64,000 nucleotides of DNA from Octopus vulgaris (GCA_951406725.2 OX597818.1:124434001-124498000), one strand, 5' to 3'. Positions 24,660-38,311 are shown, counted from the stretch's first letter. The notes: a model not told the origin generated them from the letters alone. Made by a program: numbers and translations.

Positions 24660-25512
24660 GGTGTGCAAGAGAGACGTTTGCGCTGGTATGGTCATGTGGC
24701 GAGAATGGATGAAGATAGTTGTGTGAAAAAGTGCCACACCCTAGCGGTTGAGGGAACCTGTGGAAGAGGCAGACCCAGGAAAACCTGGGACGAGGTGGTG
24801 AAGCACGACCTTCGAACTTTAGGTCTCACTGAGGAAATGACTAGAGACCGAGACCTCTGGAAGTGTGCTGTGCGCGAGAAGACCCGGCAGGACAAGTGAG
24901 TCCATAACCCGTGGCCTTCTACATGGGATGGAGCCAGCCTACGTATGCATACCTTCCCTTCTTGGGAACACAAAACTCTACTTGTGAAGACGTGATGAGG
25001 CAAGTGAGGATCAGAATCGAAATCGATCAATGGAAATTGCGGATGTGCTACCAGTGCCGGTGGCATGTCAAAACTCTGCTTGTGAAGACCCGTTGAGGCA
25101 AGTGACGATCAGAATCGAAATCGATCAATGGAAATCGATCAATGGAAATTGCAGATGTGTTACCAGTGCCGGTGGCATGTAAGAGAACTTTCCGTTTTGC
25201 GACCGTTGCCAGCACCGCCCCGTTTCGTATCCGTTGCCAGCCTCGCCTGGCCCTCGTGCCGGTGGCACATAAAAAGCACCATCCGTTCGTGGCCGTTTGC
25301 CAGCTCTGTCTGGCACCAGTGTGGGTGGCACGTAAAAAGCACCCACTACACTCACGGAGTGGTTGGCGTTAGGAAGGGCATCCAGCCGTAGAAACACTGC
25401 CAGATTTGACTGGGCCTGATGAAGCCTTCTGGCTTCACAGACCCCAGTAGAACCGTCCAACCCATGCTAGCATGGAAAACGGACGCTAAACGATGATGAT
25501 GATGATGATGAT
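24660..25512 (+). mobile_element. 5'-truncated RTE-clade LINE (ORF C-terminus plus ~600-bp 3'UTR ending in the family C tail)
   Basis: VQERRLRWYGHVARMDEDSCVKKC...GRGRPRKTWDEVVKHDL...DRDLWK stop at 24899; UTR continues into the C tail and (GAT)n. Confidence 0.9.
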
Positions 25513-26625
25513 AAAATCATCATTTAATACCCATTGTCTATGCTGGCATGGGTTGGAGGGTGTGACTAGAACTGGTAAGCTGGAGGACTGCATTAGACTC
25601 CAGTCTGATTTGACATGGTTTTTATGGCTTTATGCTCTTCCTAATGCCAACCACTTTACAGATTGTGCTGGGTGCCTTTACATGGCACTGCACAATTGCC
25701 TTTAGGCACCACCAGTTTCCATCTACTACATTCATTTACGAGGCATTAGTCAACCTTGAGCTGCAGCAGAAGATGTTTGTCCATGGTGCTGTGCTATGGC
25801 ACTGGACCCAAAGCCATGCAGTTACAATGTGAGCTTCTTAATTACACAGTCATGCCTGCACTTATCTTGAAATAAAAGACTTACTAGATGTCACTTGTGT
25901 ACAAGGTGAATTGTTTCATGGGCAACAAGATGAAGATCTTGAATGAAGTTTGTGACAGAAGAAAATTATTAATCAAGATCCAGTAGTTTGATTTTTTTCC
26001 ATATATCTGGTTACTATAGCATGGTTGCAATTCAATGACTGAAACAAGTAAAAGATACAAGATATTTTCTATTAATTGTATCGTCACTTTGTTCTGTTCA
26101 CTTTCTGGGTCATTTAAAAAAAAAAGAAAAACAAAACCTAATAAGAGAATAACATTAAAAAAAAAAGAATGAAATAGGCAGAAAATATTTTGATGGGTAA
26201 CAAATTAATTTTATATCTTGCTAATGAATTTAATTGTCTATAATGATTAAGCGTTCAAGATGTCAGCAGTTGTCAATTAAGATTAAAATACTGCAGCAAC
26301 GGCAACAGTATTAATGGTGATTCACCAATAATTCATATACCAGCTTTGGCCAAGTTGTTTGATAAGAAAAGCCATATCTGATTTTCTTTTCTTTTTTTTT
26401 TAACATTCTAATGCTACAATGTATATTTTTAAATTCACATTTATGAATGAGAAAATATACCACTAAGTAGTTATATTCACTAGAGTATATTGATTAATTC
26501 CTTCTTGTTGAGCACTTATATTGGGTCATCATTTTTGTCTTAATAATTTAGAATCTGGATGGTAATATATTGGAACTGTTTCAAGCTAAATAACACTAAA
26601 ATCATGTTATCACAGGAGCCACATA

Positions 26626-27679
26626 CAGGCTGTTTGGGGTGAATTTGACAGTTTGCATAAAAGAGGGAAAAAACACAATATCCTATCTAAAATGGAAGGA
26701 TTTAAAAAAATCAAATATCATCATCTAGATTATGGTTGGAAGATAATAGTTTACTCAAAGATTATTATAACATATTTGAGATAACATTTTACTCTCAGCT
26801 TCCACCATGGCCTCAAGATGGCTCTGAAACTTGGTGCATTCATTCCTCACTGTGTTCCTGAGAAGATCTTCAAACATCTCCTTGATCATGGCCACCAGTT
26901 CAGCCTTGGTGTTGCAAGCAGAGTGGTTGGTGTCTTTCTTAACCACACCCCACACAGTAATCCATGGAATTACAACTGGAGCAATTAGGAGAACAGAAAT
27001 TAGGATTGGCGAATTTTTAGAAATTCTCTGACAACCACTTCTGAGAATTTCCAGGAGTATGCTAAGGAGCCAAATCCTACTGCCACATGTATGACCTTCC
27101 AGCAGCAACCCTCTAAAACCAGGATTTGACCACAGTCTCCAGCAGCTTCACATCTATTTCTTTACTACCCACAAGGGGCTAAACACAGAGAGGACAAACA
27201 AGGACAGACAAACGGATTAAGTCGATTACATCGACCCCAGTGCGTAACTGGTACTTAATTTATCGACCCCGAAAGGATGAAAGGCAAAGTCGACCTCGGC
27301 GGAATTTGAACTCAAAAATGAACGGCAGACGAAATATCGCCCGAGTGCTAACGCTTCCGCAAGCTCGCCGCCTTCACAACGCCATCTGAATTGAGCTTAA
27401 AGCTCTGCTCAAAGATGAGGGGCAGCTGGATGTTACCTTCATTGGAGACATGCCCAAAGACCATTAAAGTTTGCGAGAACTTGGTTTTCATGATGTTCCT
27501 GTCATGTCTTACAGCTTTTACAGTGTTCACAGAGCATTTAGCAGGAGTTATGAGGTCAGCATTTTGGTACCTGGAGCAAGTCATCATGATATATGTAACT
27601 CTTTCCCAACAATCTACTCCTCCATGTCAGTTAACTTTTTCTCAACTACAACTTTAATCTTTATGCCTTCCAACGCTCA

Positions 27680-27680
<1 letters not shown>
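26626..27680 (-). mobile_element. Degenerate Tc1/mariner (maT/DD37D-like) transposon interrupted by a SINE
   Basis: Minus strand: MKTKFSQTLMVFGHVSNEG..., GRSYMWQ*DLAP*HT..SQKWLSEN, SPNCSSCNSMDY, VWGVVKKDTN...FQSHLEAMVEAE. Confidence 0.75.
27154..27372 (-). mobile_element. SINE family B, tail variant ii, nested in the transposon
   Basis: Near-identical to 13798-14026; TTCACA on both sides. Confidence 0.9.
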
Positions 27681-27730
<50 letters not shown>

Positions 27731-27788
27731 TGTATGTGTGTGCATGTATGTATGTATGTATATATATGTATATGTACATATATATGTA

Positions 27789-27824
<36 letters not shown>

Positions 27825-27906
27825 GCATTCAAAATGTGACCGCGTGTGTACTGTTGGCGATTTTTTTCCCTCTGTCTTCCTTTCTCTGGATCTTTCCCTC
27901 TCCTAT

Positions 27907-27941
27907 GTTTCCGACAAAGAGCTCCGCTCAAAGCGTTAAAC
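27907..27941 (+). ncRNA. Degenerate minimal hammerhead motif
   Basis: GTTT-CCGACAA-A-GAGC(TCC)GCTC-AAAG-CGTT-AAAC; same architecture as 3378-3415, and both are followed by TTCCTGAGCG. Confidence 0.5.
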
Positions 27942-28046
27942 CCTCCTTCTTGCCTTCTTTCCTGAGCGTCCCATAATACTATGTTTGTTCCACGTCCTCG
28001 CATTGTGTTCTTTGTACTTTCTTGTTTGTGCTTTCTTGTGTGTGCG

Positions 28047-28100
<54 letters not shown>

Positions 28101-28289
28101 CATCTTTTACTTATTTCAGTCATTAGATAGCAGCTATGCTATAATAGAAGTCACTTGCCCAAGGTGTTGTGCGGTGAGACTGAACCCAGAACCATGTGAT
28201 TGGAAGCAAGCTTCTTAATCACACAACTATGCTTGCACCTATATTCACAAAGCCACACCCCCACCTATACATGTATGTGTGTGTTTTAC

Positions 28290-28326
<37 letters not shown>

Positions 28327-29619
28327 TTTATATAGGATATATATGATAACTAGCATCTCTGCCACTTAATTTTAAATGTCAAGCTAGAATCAAATCAGCT
28401 ACGATGCCTCTGTTGCTTTATCCTTTCTTTGATGTATTCTGGAATAGTCTACTACTTTCCATTGTTCTAATCCACAAATTAAAAAAAAAAAAATGCACTT
28501 CTCTTTCTATTGAATACTTAGTGAAGCTTTGATATTTTCCATTTCTTTTACCTCTGGAATGTTCCATGGGAAAAGAAAAAAAATATATAAAATATAAAAG
28601 GCAAATAAAATGTGTTATCTGAATGTCTGACTGTGTGTGTGTAGGTGATGTAGAGGAGAGGATATGAAACTGTTTGCATTTGTGCGTGGGTGAATAAATA
28701 TATAGGGAACCAAACTGGCAGCATCGTTATAGTGCCTGATAGAATTTATCCTTGCAGTATATTTCTTCCAGTACTCTGTGCTCTGTGTTCAAATACTGTC
28801 AAGATCAACTTTGCCTTTTATCCTTCCAGAATGAAAGCTCCAGAAAAATACTGGGATTAATACTTCTCTTTCTTTCTCTCTCTCATTCTCTCTCCCTCTC
28901 TCTCTCTAAGACCTGGCTACATTGTACCATGAGAAGAGTCATACAGGACCTCTTACAATGTCTCTTCCTCTAGAATTGGAGACTGCTTGAATGAGGAATT
29001 AGCAAGCATCATCATCATCATCATCATCCATTTTCCATGCTGGCATGGGTTAGACAGTTTGGTTGGATCTGGTAAGTCAGTAAGCTGCACTAGGCTCCAG
29101 TCTGTTCTGGCTTGGCTTCTACAGTGAATTGCCCTTCATAACACCAACCATTCTATAGGTGTCTTTACTGTGTTGCCAGCACAGGTGCTTTTTATGTGTC
29201 ACATGTACAGATGCCTTTTACGTCTTACTGGCACAGGTGCCCTTTACATGTCAACGCCACTGGCCACAGCCATGATTTCACTTAGCTTGATGTGTTTTCT
29301 CAAGCATAGCAAATCTTGCAAAGTTATGAACAGTATTTGATGAAATTTGCAAGAAAAGTTGGTAATTACACAAGGAGCAGATGATGAAATTTCGGTAGTG
29401 ATCCGGGATTTTTTATAGATTAGTGAAGGATTTTTCATTTGTAATATTTACTTTACATGAAGTATTATTGTTACATTCTTTGCTTATCTCCCTTGAAAAC
29501 ACGTTCGTCGTTTCCACATAACCTATGGTGGTGTTGCTGTTTCCAACGTTTATTTTTGTTTCTCTATTAGTAATTTTACTCGCGTATCTATCTTAAAACG
29601 AGCTGCTTGGTGGAGGTCT

Positions 29620-30075
29620 GCGGAGGATGACATGACAAGCCTTGACTATTGGGATTGACTCAAAAAGCTCAGGCTTTGCTCCCTCGACTGCCGCTGTGAG
29701 CTCTATATCATCTGTATGATGTGGAAAATATTCCATCAACATTGCCCTTCTTTAAAATTCGTCTGAAGCTTGGCTCCAGTGCCATCCATCGAGTACAGAA
29801 ATGTTCGTGTCATATCACAACACTATGACAGAACTATTTCACCTCAATTGGCCCTGCTCTCTTCAACATTGTGCCAGACACACATAAAGGAGGAAGGTGA
29901 CTTCACGGCATTCAAACGATCCTTAGATGATTACCCCCAACAAATACCAGATAAACCACCAACACCCAGATATGTCTCTGAAAACAATAACCCTCTGCTT
30001 GAATGGGCTACGGTTCCCCAGAGCTGACTGTATATCTCTTCCGGGTGGTGCTATTAAATTAGACATGGCCTTAGT
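29620..30075 (+). mobile_element. Degenerate CR1-group LINE 3' fragment
   Basis: LDYWD*LKKLRLCSL...YIICMMWKI, GPALFNIVP, FKRSLDDYPQQIPDKP...NNNPLLEW. Confidence 0.7.
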
Positions 30076-31399
30076 CAACTTCAGCCAAAACTTATCTAAG
30101 TAATCTAATCTATGCTGTAACCTTTTAATCAAAGCATGACAACGTAGGTAGAGGCTGATATCTTAACATTTTTGGTGGTCTCAAGTATAAGAAAATTTAT
30201 TAAAGATTTATATAGAACTACATTCAGAGTATGTCTAAAAGCTATTGTGTTTAGACATTGTTTCTATCCCCAAACTTCCATTTTGTTGGTGCATTTTTTT
30301 TTTTAATAAAACACAAAATTAGAAAAATCAAAAATCTGTAACAATTTCGGTCCCATGAGTATCGGATAATGGATTTCTAACTGTGTAAAGAAACTGATTG
30401 TGGTGATTGTAGTTTATTTATAACAGTGAAACCACTCCCTACTGTATTTACAATAGGGACAATTTACTTTAACTCCTAAGTCTTCAGACAATGCACTTCA
30501 AATAAAGATTGAGTAGCTGTTTATTCTTTTAATGAAACTGTGAAGATTGCTTTCTTCATGGGGCGGGGTTGCGAAATCTCTTTGTAAAACAGTCTGGTAC
30601 AAATGTTATAGATCATCTAGTGATAAGTACCAAATCCATTCACAAAGCTTTCGTCAGCATGGGTTTACAGTGGGAAGAATTTGCCGAAGGTGCTGCACAG
30701 TTGTACTGAACCCACGATCACATGGTTAGGAAGTAGCAAGCTTCTTACCAAACAGCCCTTTTGCTTTGTGGAAAAGGTTCCTATTTTACCTTATGTTTTG
30801 AAGGTCATCCATTAGTTTTCGGGAGCAGTATATTGATTTAGTCAGAGGTAACCATTGTTGTAGAACAAGAAGTAAGATCCAAATAATCTGACACCTTGAA
30901 CAGGTTTTCATACATCACTTGAAAATGTTTCACTTACACTTCAAATTTCCTTGAGAAATGTATAAATACCACAACATCCCTAATTCACTTTGTGAGAGCA
31001 TAGAACAGAGAGATGTGAATGAGAAACCAAATCAATTTTTGTCTAAAGAAAGTCTGTAGATTAATTTAGTAGTCTAACAATGATCGACATTCCTACATAA
31101 TGAAATGTTGCTTAGTAATCAGTAACCAGATATTAACAACAAGAACAAATGAGGAGGAGGAGGAAAAATTTATAAGAAAAACATATGAGGCACCAACAAA
31201 GAACTAAATTTGAACTCTGACACAATATTATACAAAATGAACTATGAAAAAACCAGATACATAATTACACCAGTTTGATAATTCTATCTTTAAGAATAAT
31301 CAAGAACGTCTTAAAGATATAAATGCAAACTAACAAAAATACAAAACCTTCCCAAACATTGATTTTGAATGACAAATTACTGTTAATGATATGCTACAA

Positions 31400-31720
31400 A
31401 AACAGCAAATTAGTTAATCTCATTTACGAAAATAACACTAAAAATTACAACACACGCAAAACAGCAGCATGTAAACTTTGACAAGCGAAGCCAGTGTCAT
31501 TTACAGAATTACATACACACAAGACAGTTTTACACATCTTAATCATTCATCCTTTGGGAAAACATACACTAGTCTAAGTAGATACTTAACTATGCACGTT
31601 CTCAGAGTAGTACTTTTTCTATATGTTGCTAACAAATACACAAGTGTAAACTCAACTGGAAGATTAGAGAAAATTATATTGATTGAAGAACTCTTATCAC
31701 ATTATTTGCTCAACTGGGTT
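31400..31720 (+). mobile_element. Possible degenerate Penelope-like GIY-YIG remnant
   Basis: SVIYRITY...SSFGKTYTSLSRYLTMH resembles the PLE VxYxIxC...YIGxTxxxLSRRLTMH motif. Confidence 0.45.
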
Positions 31721-32199
31721 TGATCTGTTTGGTTCACAGCCAAAGAAGCTTCTGTGCAGTTGCTCAACTTGTTAAAAAAAAGCAGCCAACTCTCCCTCAA
31801 ATCACACTCCATCAATCTTAAAAATGGTCATGTTGGTTAGCATACTCTTAGTGATATTATGTCTGTAGAAAAAAAGAAAAGGTGGAATAATCACAGCTGG
31901 AATATCCTTTGATTATTGATCTACTGGATCTGGCCTAAACAGCAACAGTCAAACTATTCTCTACTGTATTTACAATAGGGAGAATTTACTTTAACCCCTA
32001 AATCTTCAGATAGTGTACTTCAAATAAAGATTTAGTGGCAGCGAAGGGTGTTTTTTTTTTGTTTATTTTTTGTTTTGAAACTGTGAAGATTGCTTTTTCC
32101 ATGGGATGGAGTTGTGAAATCTCTTAGTAAAACACTCGGGTGTATATGCTATAGATCATCTTGTAATTAGTACTAAATTTTGACTTTTTAAGCTTACTT

Positions 32200-32836
32200 A
32201 TCTTTGCCTTGCAAGACAGGGATGAAAATTAGTGTTGCAAAGATTGAGACATTGGTCCTCTCAAGAAAGTTCAGAGGCTGAATTGGTTGGTAGAATTCCA
32301 TATGCTAGTACAGTAATGTGTCACTCTAGTATTCGAGTCTTAGAAGAGGAAAGGTTGGTGGAAAAAGCCAAACTCACTATCTTCAATTTGGTTTTCATGG
32401 CTACCCTCAATGTTGTGTACTGAGCAAAAGAGTACAGTCACGTGTTGAAATGGAATTCCTCTAAGAGAATCTCTGGAGTAACATTACTCAGCAGGGTGCA
32501 GAGCTCAGAAATCAGAGACTCTTTCAAAGTTGGGTTACTACTTCACCACATTGAGAGGTCACAGCTCTGGTAAGATGGGCATGTGATTAGAATGTCATAG
32601 GAAAGAATCACAAGACAGATTCTTCAAGCTTAGTCAGCCAGCAGAAGACCTAAGAGTAAACCATGAATGAGATGGTTGGAAAATATCCATAATCTCAGTT
32701 GGCCATGCTTGGGAACCCAGCCAGAAAGAGTAATGACAGTTGCTTTTGATAGAACCCCATGGAGGGTACCTGAGGACTCTACACCAATAATCCTCCCAGG
32801 TATAGTGGACGGAGAAAATGATAGATGGATGGGTGG
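32200..32836 (+). mobile_element. Degenerate RTE (Expander/REX3-like) LINE 3' fragment
   Basis: KAKLTIF..., LLLHHIERSQLW*DGHVIRM...RRPKSKP*MRWLENIHNLSW; GATG-like tail. Confidence 0.75.
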
Positions 32837-33555
32837 AAGTTTACTTATGATAATGTTTCTTTTTTTCTGGGGTTTGAGCAATTTATTTCTCATCCACTTT
32901 TGCTTAATGAGTCACTAGGGTTACCTGCAATACCTACTTTTTTTTTTTTCTTTTTGCATGTCTGTTCAATCAAATTTGTATCAACCCAAGTTTTGGACAA
33001 TGCCACACTGAAAGGGTTAATGTAAATGACCGGCCTAAGAATCTCATTTTATTTTTCTCCTTCAAAGAATCTGATCTCTGGAAAAGTCAAATGAAAATGT
33101 TGTTTCTACACTTGACTACTGTTGATCTTTAAACACTCCATTGCTGATCATAATTCTCATTTTTGCCATTTCTTGTCAGAAGACCTTATATGCCAAAGTT
33201 ATATTTCACTACATTTTTATCACAATAATCATTTTGTTCCACTATTTTACATTCATTTTTCTGTGCTTTCATGGATGTGATTTTCTTTCTTATTTTTTTT
33301 TAGTGTTTTTACAGTTGTATACCATTCCTACTGTTAACTACTCAACCATGAGATTAGATAAGCCAGTGAGGGAGCCTTTGTGTGGTCACTTAATATGCTA
33401 GAAATAGCCATGAAATCTCCCTCAAGTTACACACTTCTGTCTAAAAAAGCAGGAAGGATAGATACTCCATTAAAATTATGATGGTCTTTAATCATAGGCT
33501 TGCTTACTTAGGATTTGACTTGGAGTTAAACATCAAGAACAGCCATAGTGTAGAT

Positions 33556-33774
33556 CAGTGGTTTTCAACCAGGGTTCCGTGGAACCTTAGGGTTCCGCCA
33601 GTACAGTCCAGGGGTTCTGCAAGAATTTACAAAACTGCTAAAATCGGCAGTAATTTTTAATTCTCCTGTGCAGATATGTGTGCATAAGACTATTAAATTA
33701 TTGTACAGGGGTTCTTTGAGCCAGTGGAATGTTTCCTTGGGGTTCCGCTCCAGCAAAAAGTTTGAAAAGCACTG
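33556..33774. mobile_element. hAT (Charlie-like) MITE
   Basis: TIRs CAGTGGTTTTCAA / TTGAAAAGCACTG; 8-bp flanks GTGTAGAT / ATATAGAT; subterminal GGGTTCC repeats. Confidence 0.85.
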
Positions 33775-34638
33775 ATATAGATGCTGGAATCAGTTTTGTA
33801 GCTAGAAAAGCGGAGCAGGTAGAGTTATGTTCTTTTTTTTTCAGCACAATACAATGGTTGTAGTAGTTGTTGATGTCATACAAATTCATAAACTTTGAGA
33901 GAATATGAAATTATTCTTTTTTGGAACAGTGAAATTCAAAGCAGATAGAGCTGTATATCATGGTGTATAGATAGTGGGTTAAAAAAATGATCCTTAATAT
34001 AGAAAAAGTCAAAGCTGCCTGTGGGACACCACACCACATCTTTTATAAACATGACAAATGTTCTACCATTGATAGAATGCCCAACACCCTAATATCACAA
34101 CCATTGTCCCTATTTACTAAAACAATTTCAAATTTTGGCACAAGGCCAGCAATTTCAGAGTAGGAATTTGAAATCAGAGCATAAAGACAGACGAAATGCC
34201 ACCAGGCATTTTGCTTGGCATGCTAACAATTCGGCCAGCTCACTGCCTTTAAGCTATTGTATACTGGTTTCAAATTTTGGCACAAGGCCAGCAATTTTGA
34301 AGGAGAAAATAAGTCAAATACACCATCCCCAGTCCTTAACTGGTACTTATTTCATTGACCCTGAAAGGATACAAAGTAAAGTTGACCTCAGCGGAATTTG
34401 CACTCAGAACATAACTATGGACAAAATGCTGCTAAGTTTTTTTACCTAGCATACTAACAATTCTACAAGCTAACCACCTTTGTCTATAAAGAAAGAATAA
34501 AACAAAAGACAGAGTAAACAATCACAAAGACTTAAAAGTGAACACTGGAGCCTGAAAGTAAAAGAACTTGCTTTATTCTATACCTGGCAGACAACACCTG
34601 AGTAATGGACATTTATTTAATCTTGAAGATTTATTTAA

Positions 34639-35085
34639 CCCTTTTGTTACTGTATTTATTTTGAGGTGCTCAGTGTTTCTTTCAATTACTTTAAATATAA
34701 CAAAGAATTTAGTAAAATAACTGAGTTATCATTCAGCTAGTGTTAGGAACATAGATTGTGTCTAAGGTTTGGTGGAAGATTTTAATTCAAAACTTATGAA
34801 AACAAGACATTTGTACTACAGAGCCAGAGGCGGTTTCAGCTGGGTTGGTATCGAACGGATTAACCTCAGCCAATTACTGCCAACAAGGTAACTCCTCTTG
34901 GTCACAAATACAAGATTGTTACAGTCCAGTGTGGGAATTATTATTTTTTTTTTTGCTTGGTCAGTGACTTCATAAAAGTTATTTACCCACTAATACTGTA
35001 TAAATGCCACCTCCTCATGATCTTGAAAACAAGACATTTGTACTCAGAGCTAGGGCCAGTTTCAGCCAGGTTGGTAACGAAAGGG
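34639..35085. mobile_element. piggyBac-like MITE with duplicated right end
   Basis: TTAA|CCCTTTTGTTAC ... GTAACGAAAGGG|TTAA; right end present twice (about 34797-34863 and 35025-35089). Confidence 0.75.
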
Positions 35086-35537
35086 TTAAACGCCTATTAT
35101 AGAGTTAGACATGTCAGATAAAGAAAATAACATTGTATGTGTTTCCATACATTTTCTGAAAGACCTTTTGCTGATATAAAATTGAATTTTATTATCATCA
35201 TCATTATCATCATCATGATTGTATTTACTCTGCTTTTCCATAATGGCATTGACAGTAAGAAACTTTTTCAGGTAGTGTCTTACTACAGCCAGTTACCTTT
35301 CCTAATGCAAACCATGACGTGCAGGAATCATCATCGTCAATATCATCATCACCACCACCACCATCATCATCATTGTCATCATTAGCATTTCAGTATCTTC
35401 TTTTCCATGCTTGCATGGTTTAGGTGGAATTTATTGAGGCAGGATTTTCATTTTTTACAGCCGGATGTTCTCCCTGTTGCTAACCCTCACTTGCTTCCAA
35501 GCAAAGTAACATTTCCCGATGGCTGGGACATGAAACC

Positions 35538-36191
35538 TTTTTCCCAAGAGAGTTCCAAACTCCAGTTATGAACTCATTTGCATACAGCCAATCAGAGCTC
35601 AACTATCAAACTAGTGTCCACCTAGTTACAAAAATACTTTGGTTGAGTTCAGTAGAAACTGTGCATTATAGCAAAATCTAACTGTTCTAGACAGATTAAC
35701 GGGGATGACAGATTGAAATTTAGTATATAAAGTGAATGGAGAGCTGCTCTCCAATCTTGCCATAAGTGTTGCCAATTTGCGTAATTTACTAGAAAAAATG
35801 TAAATAAGTGTAGTTTCCTAATTTTTTTACTGATTTTGTACATTCCTAATTTAAAATATTGGTGTTGATCTCAAAACATTGTAATCAATATGGCATTGTG
35901 TTGTGCTGTGCCCTCCTAGCATATATCAATGGGTACATGCAGTATCACTAATCTCAGTCTGAGCATAGGTACCTAATGTTAGCTCCATATAGAGATGGTA
36001 CTCAATTGATCTATGTGGATGGTGGGGGGGATGTGCTTATGTGAAACCTGCTATGCTCTGCTCACAAAGTGGCATACACCATTCTATACCTAACAGGCTG
36101 TACTGTAGTAGTACACCGTATGTGGATTTTCAAGGTGAGCTCTGTATGCAAATGAGTTCATTAGTGGGGTCCTGAACTCTCGTGGGAAAAA
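35538..36191. mobile_element. Unclassified TIR element (~55-bp TIRs with octamer motif)
   Basis: TTTTTCCCAAGAGAGTTC...ATGAACTCATTTGCATACAG..AGAGCTCA versus TGAGCTCTGTATGCAAATGAGTTCAT...GAACTCTCGTGGGAAAAA. Confidence 0.7.
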
Positions 36192-36343
36192 AATTTTGCA
36201 GCCAGGACATGCTTACATGTCTTTCATGTATGACAGTGATGCTCATTTACAATCATAACATGATGTCAAGACAAGGATACACATAAGCGCACACACATAC
36301 ATACACATAAATACACACATGAACACAAACATATATATATATA

Positions 36344-36560
36344 TCACCGTGACCGACCAGGCTATCAGATGTTGCTACACATCGCTGGTCACAGAGCGAG
36401 AGAAAGTTGTGGCGAAAGAGTACAGCAGGGATTGCCACCAAACCCTGCCGGAGCCGCATGGGGCTTTTAGGTGTTTTTTCGCTCAATAAACTCTCACAAC
36501 GCCTGGTCTGGGTATCGAAACCGCGAGTCCGCTGCCCTAACCACTGGGCCATTGCGCCTC

Positions 36561-36563
<3 letters not shown>
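36344..36563 (-). mobile_element. tRNA-derived SINE family E with RTE-derived tail
   Basis: Head GTGGAGGCGCAATGGCCCAGTGG...GGTTTCGATACC as in 43270-43655; tail matches 10654-10700 and 45326-45368. Confidence 0.85.
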
Positions 36564-36602
<39 letters not shown>

Positions 36603-37032
36603 CATACATATACATTTTCATTAATATTTAGCAGAAGCAAGATATATGCATATATATAAACCCTCAATGGGTTTCTTTCAGTTTCCATCTACAAAATCCA
36701 CTCACAAGGCTTTTATTAGTCCCAGAGTCTAGTAGAGATACCTACCCAAGGTGCCCTGTAGTGAAAGTGAACTCAAGACCACATGGTTTGGAAGCAAGCT
36801 TTTCATCCACACAGTTACACCTGCAACTATATTCCATATATTATCAAATTAATTATTGTTGTGCCCCAGGTCAGTCATGGTTGGGAAGACTTACAATCAG
36901 AATTACATTATCCAATAACTTTTTCATTTTCTAAGATGGCTGTTTGATTTGAAGGAAATTTGGTTGCTATTTCTAGCAAGGTGAGCAAAGATTTAGATTT
37001 TTTCATAAGCTCATTTTGAAATAGTTGAGCAC

Positions 37033-37101
<69 letters not shown>

Positions 37102-37235
37102 GTTATGTCTAGTAGATAACAAAATGAAGTACCTTAGCATAAATGAGGTCAGAAAGGACTTTGTGTGTATGTGTGTGTGTAAGTGTCTGTTTGTGTGTGT
37201 GTGTGTTTGAGAGAGAAGGGGTATATGGATCTGCT

Positions 37236-37453
37236 ACTCTTTACTCTTTTACTCTTTTACTTGTTTCAGTCATTTGACTGCGGCCATGCTGGAGCACCAC
37301 CTTTAATCGAGCAACTCGACACTGGGACTTATTCTTTTGTAAGCCCAGTACTTATTCTATCGGTCTCTTTTGCCAAACCGCTAAGTAACGGGGACATAAA
37401 CACATCAGCATCAGTTGTCAAGCAATGCTAGGGGGACAAATACAGACTCACAA

Positions 37454-37486
<33 letters not shown>

Positions 37487-37657
37487 CATATATACGACGG
37501 GCTTCTTTCAGTTTCCGTCTACCAAATCCACTCACAAGGCTTTGGTCGGCCCGGGGCTATAGTAGAAGACACTTGCCCAAGGTGCCACGCAGTGGGACTG
37601 AACCCGGAACCATGTGGTTGGTAAACAAGCTACTTACCACACAGCCACTCCTGCGCC
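37236..37657 (-). mobile_element. SINE family A
   Basis: Full family A consensus. Confidence 0.92.
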
Positions 37658-38253
37658 TTTCCTTTGTTTCTGAGAATATTCACACATATGCATACATGTG
37701 TTTTTGTATGAGAAAATTGCATGGAACATATGGAATTCCTGCTTGACAATATTTAATATTCTGTTTTGATTCCCTTGCTGGCATAGTGATTTAATTTCAT
37801 TTGGAAAGGTAAGAACGTTCCCAGCTCCCATCAGCCATATCATTTGAAGCTAAGAAGATTGATTACACATTGATGGATATCGCTAATATTAAATAATTAA
37901 GCAGATTGTTATTTGACTCTGTTTCACTCTATTAAGATACTAGTTTATGTGTGTGTGTTTCTGTATTCATTTGTGTGCGTGTGTGTGTGTGTGTGTGTGG
38001 GTGTACAAAAAGCATATACAGACCAGCATGCACACACACACACACATACATACACACACAAACACACACAGATGCATTCATGCATGCACAAACTCACAAA
38101 CACACTCAGAAACATGTTCATTATGGATATATTTATACATGGATGTCCCTGTGAACATATAGACTAATCAATGAAGGACTAGGCATTCTGTTGCAACAAA
38201 CATTGAATTGATAATGATAGCATTGAAATAACCCTGCTAGAGTTATGCAGCTG

Positions 38254-38311
<58 letters not shown>

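Noticed and set aside
25410-25450. Hammerhead at CTGATGAAGCC in family C
   Set aside because: No GAAA after the stem; other copies read CTGGTGCAG or CTGATGCAG
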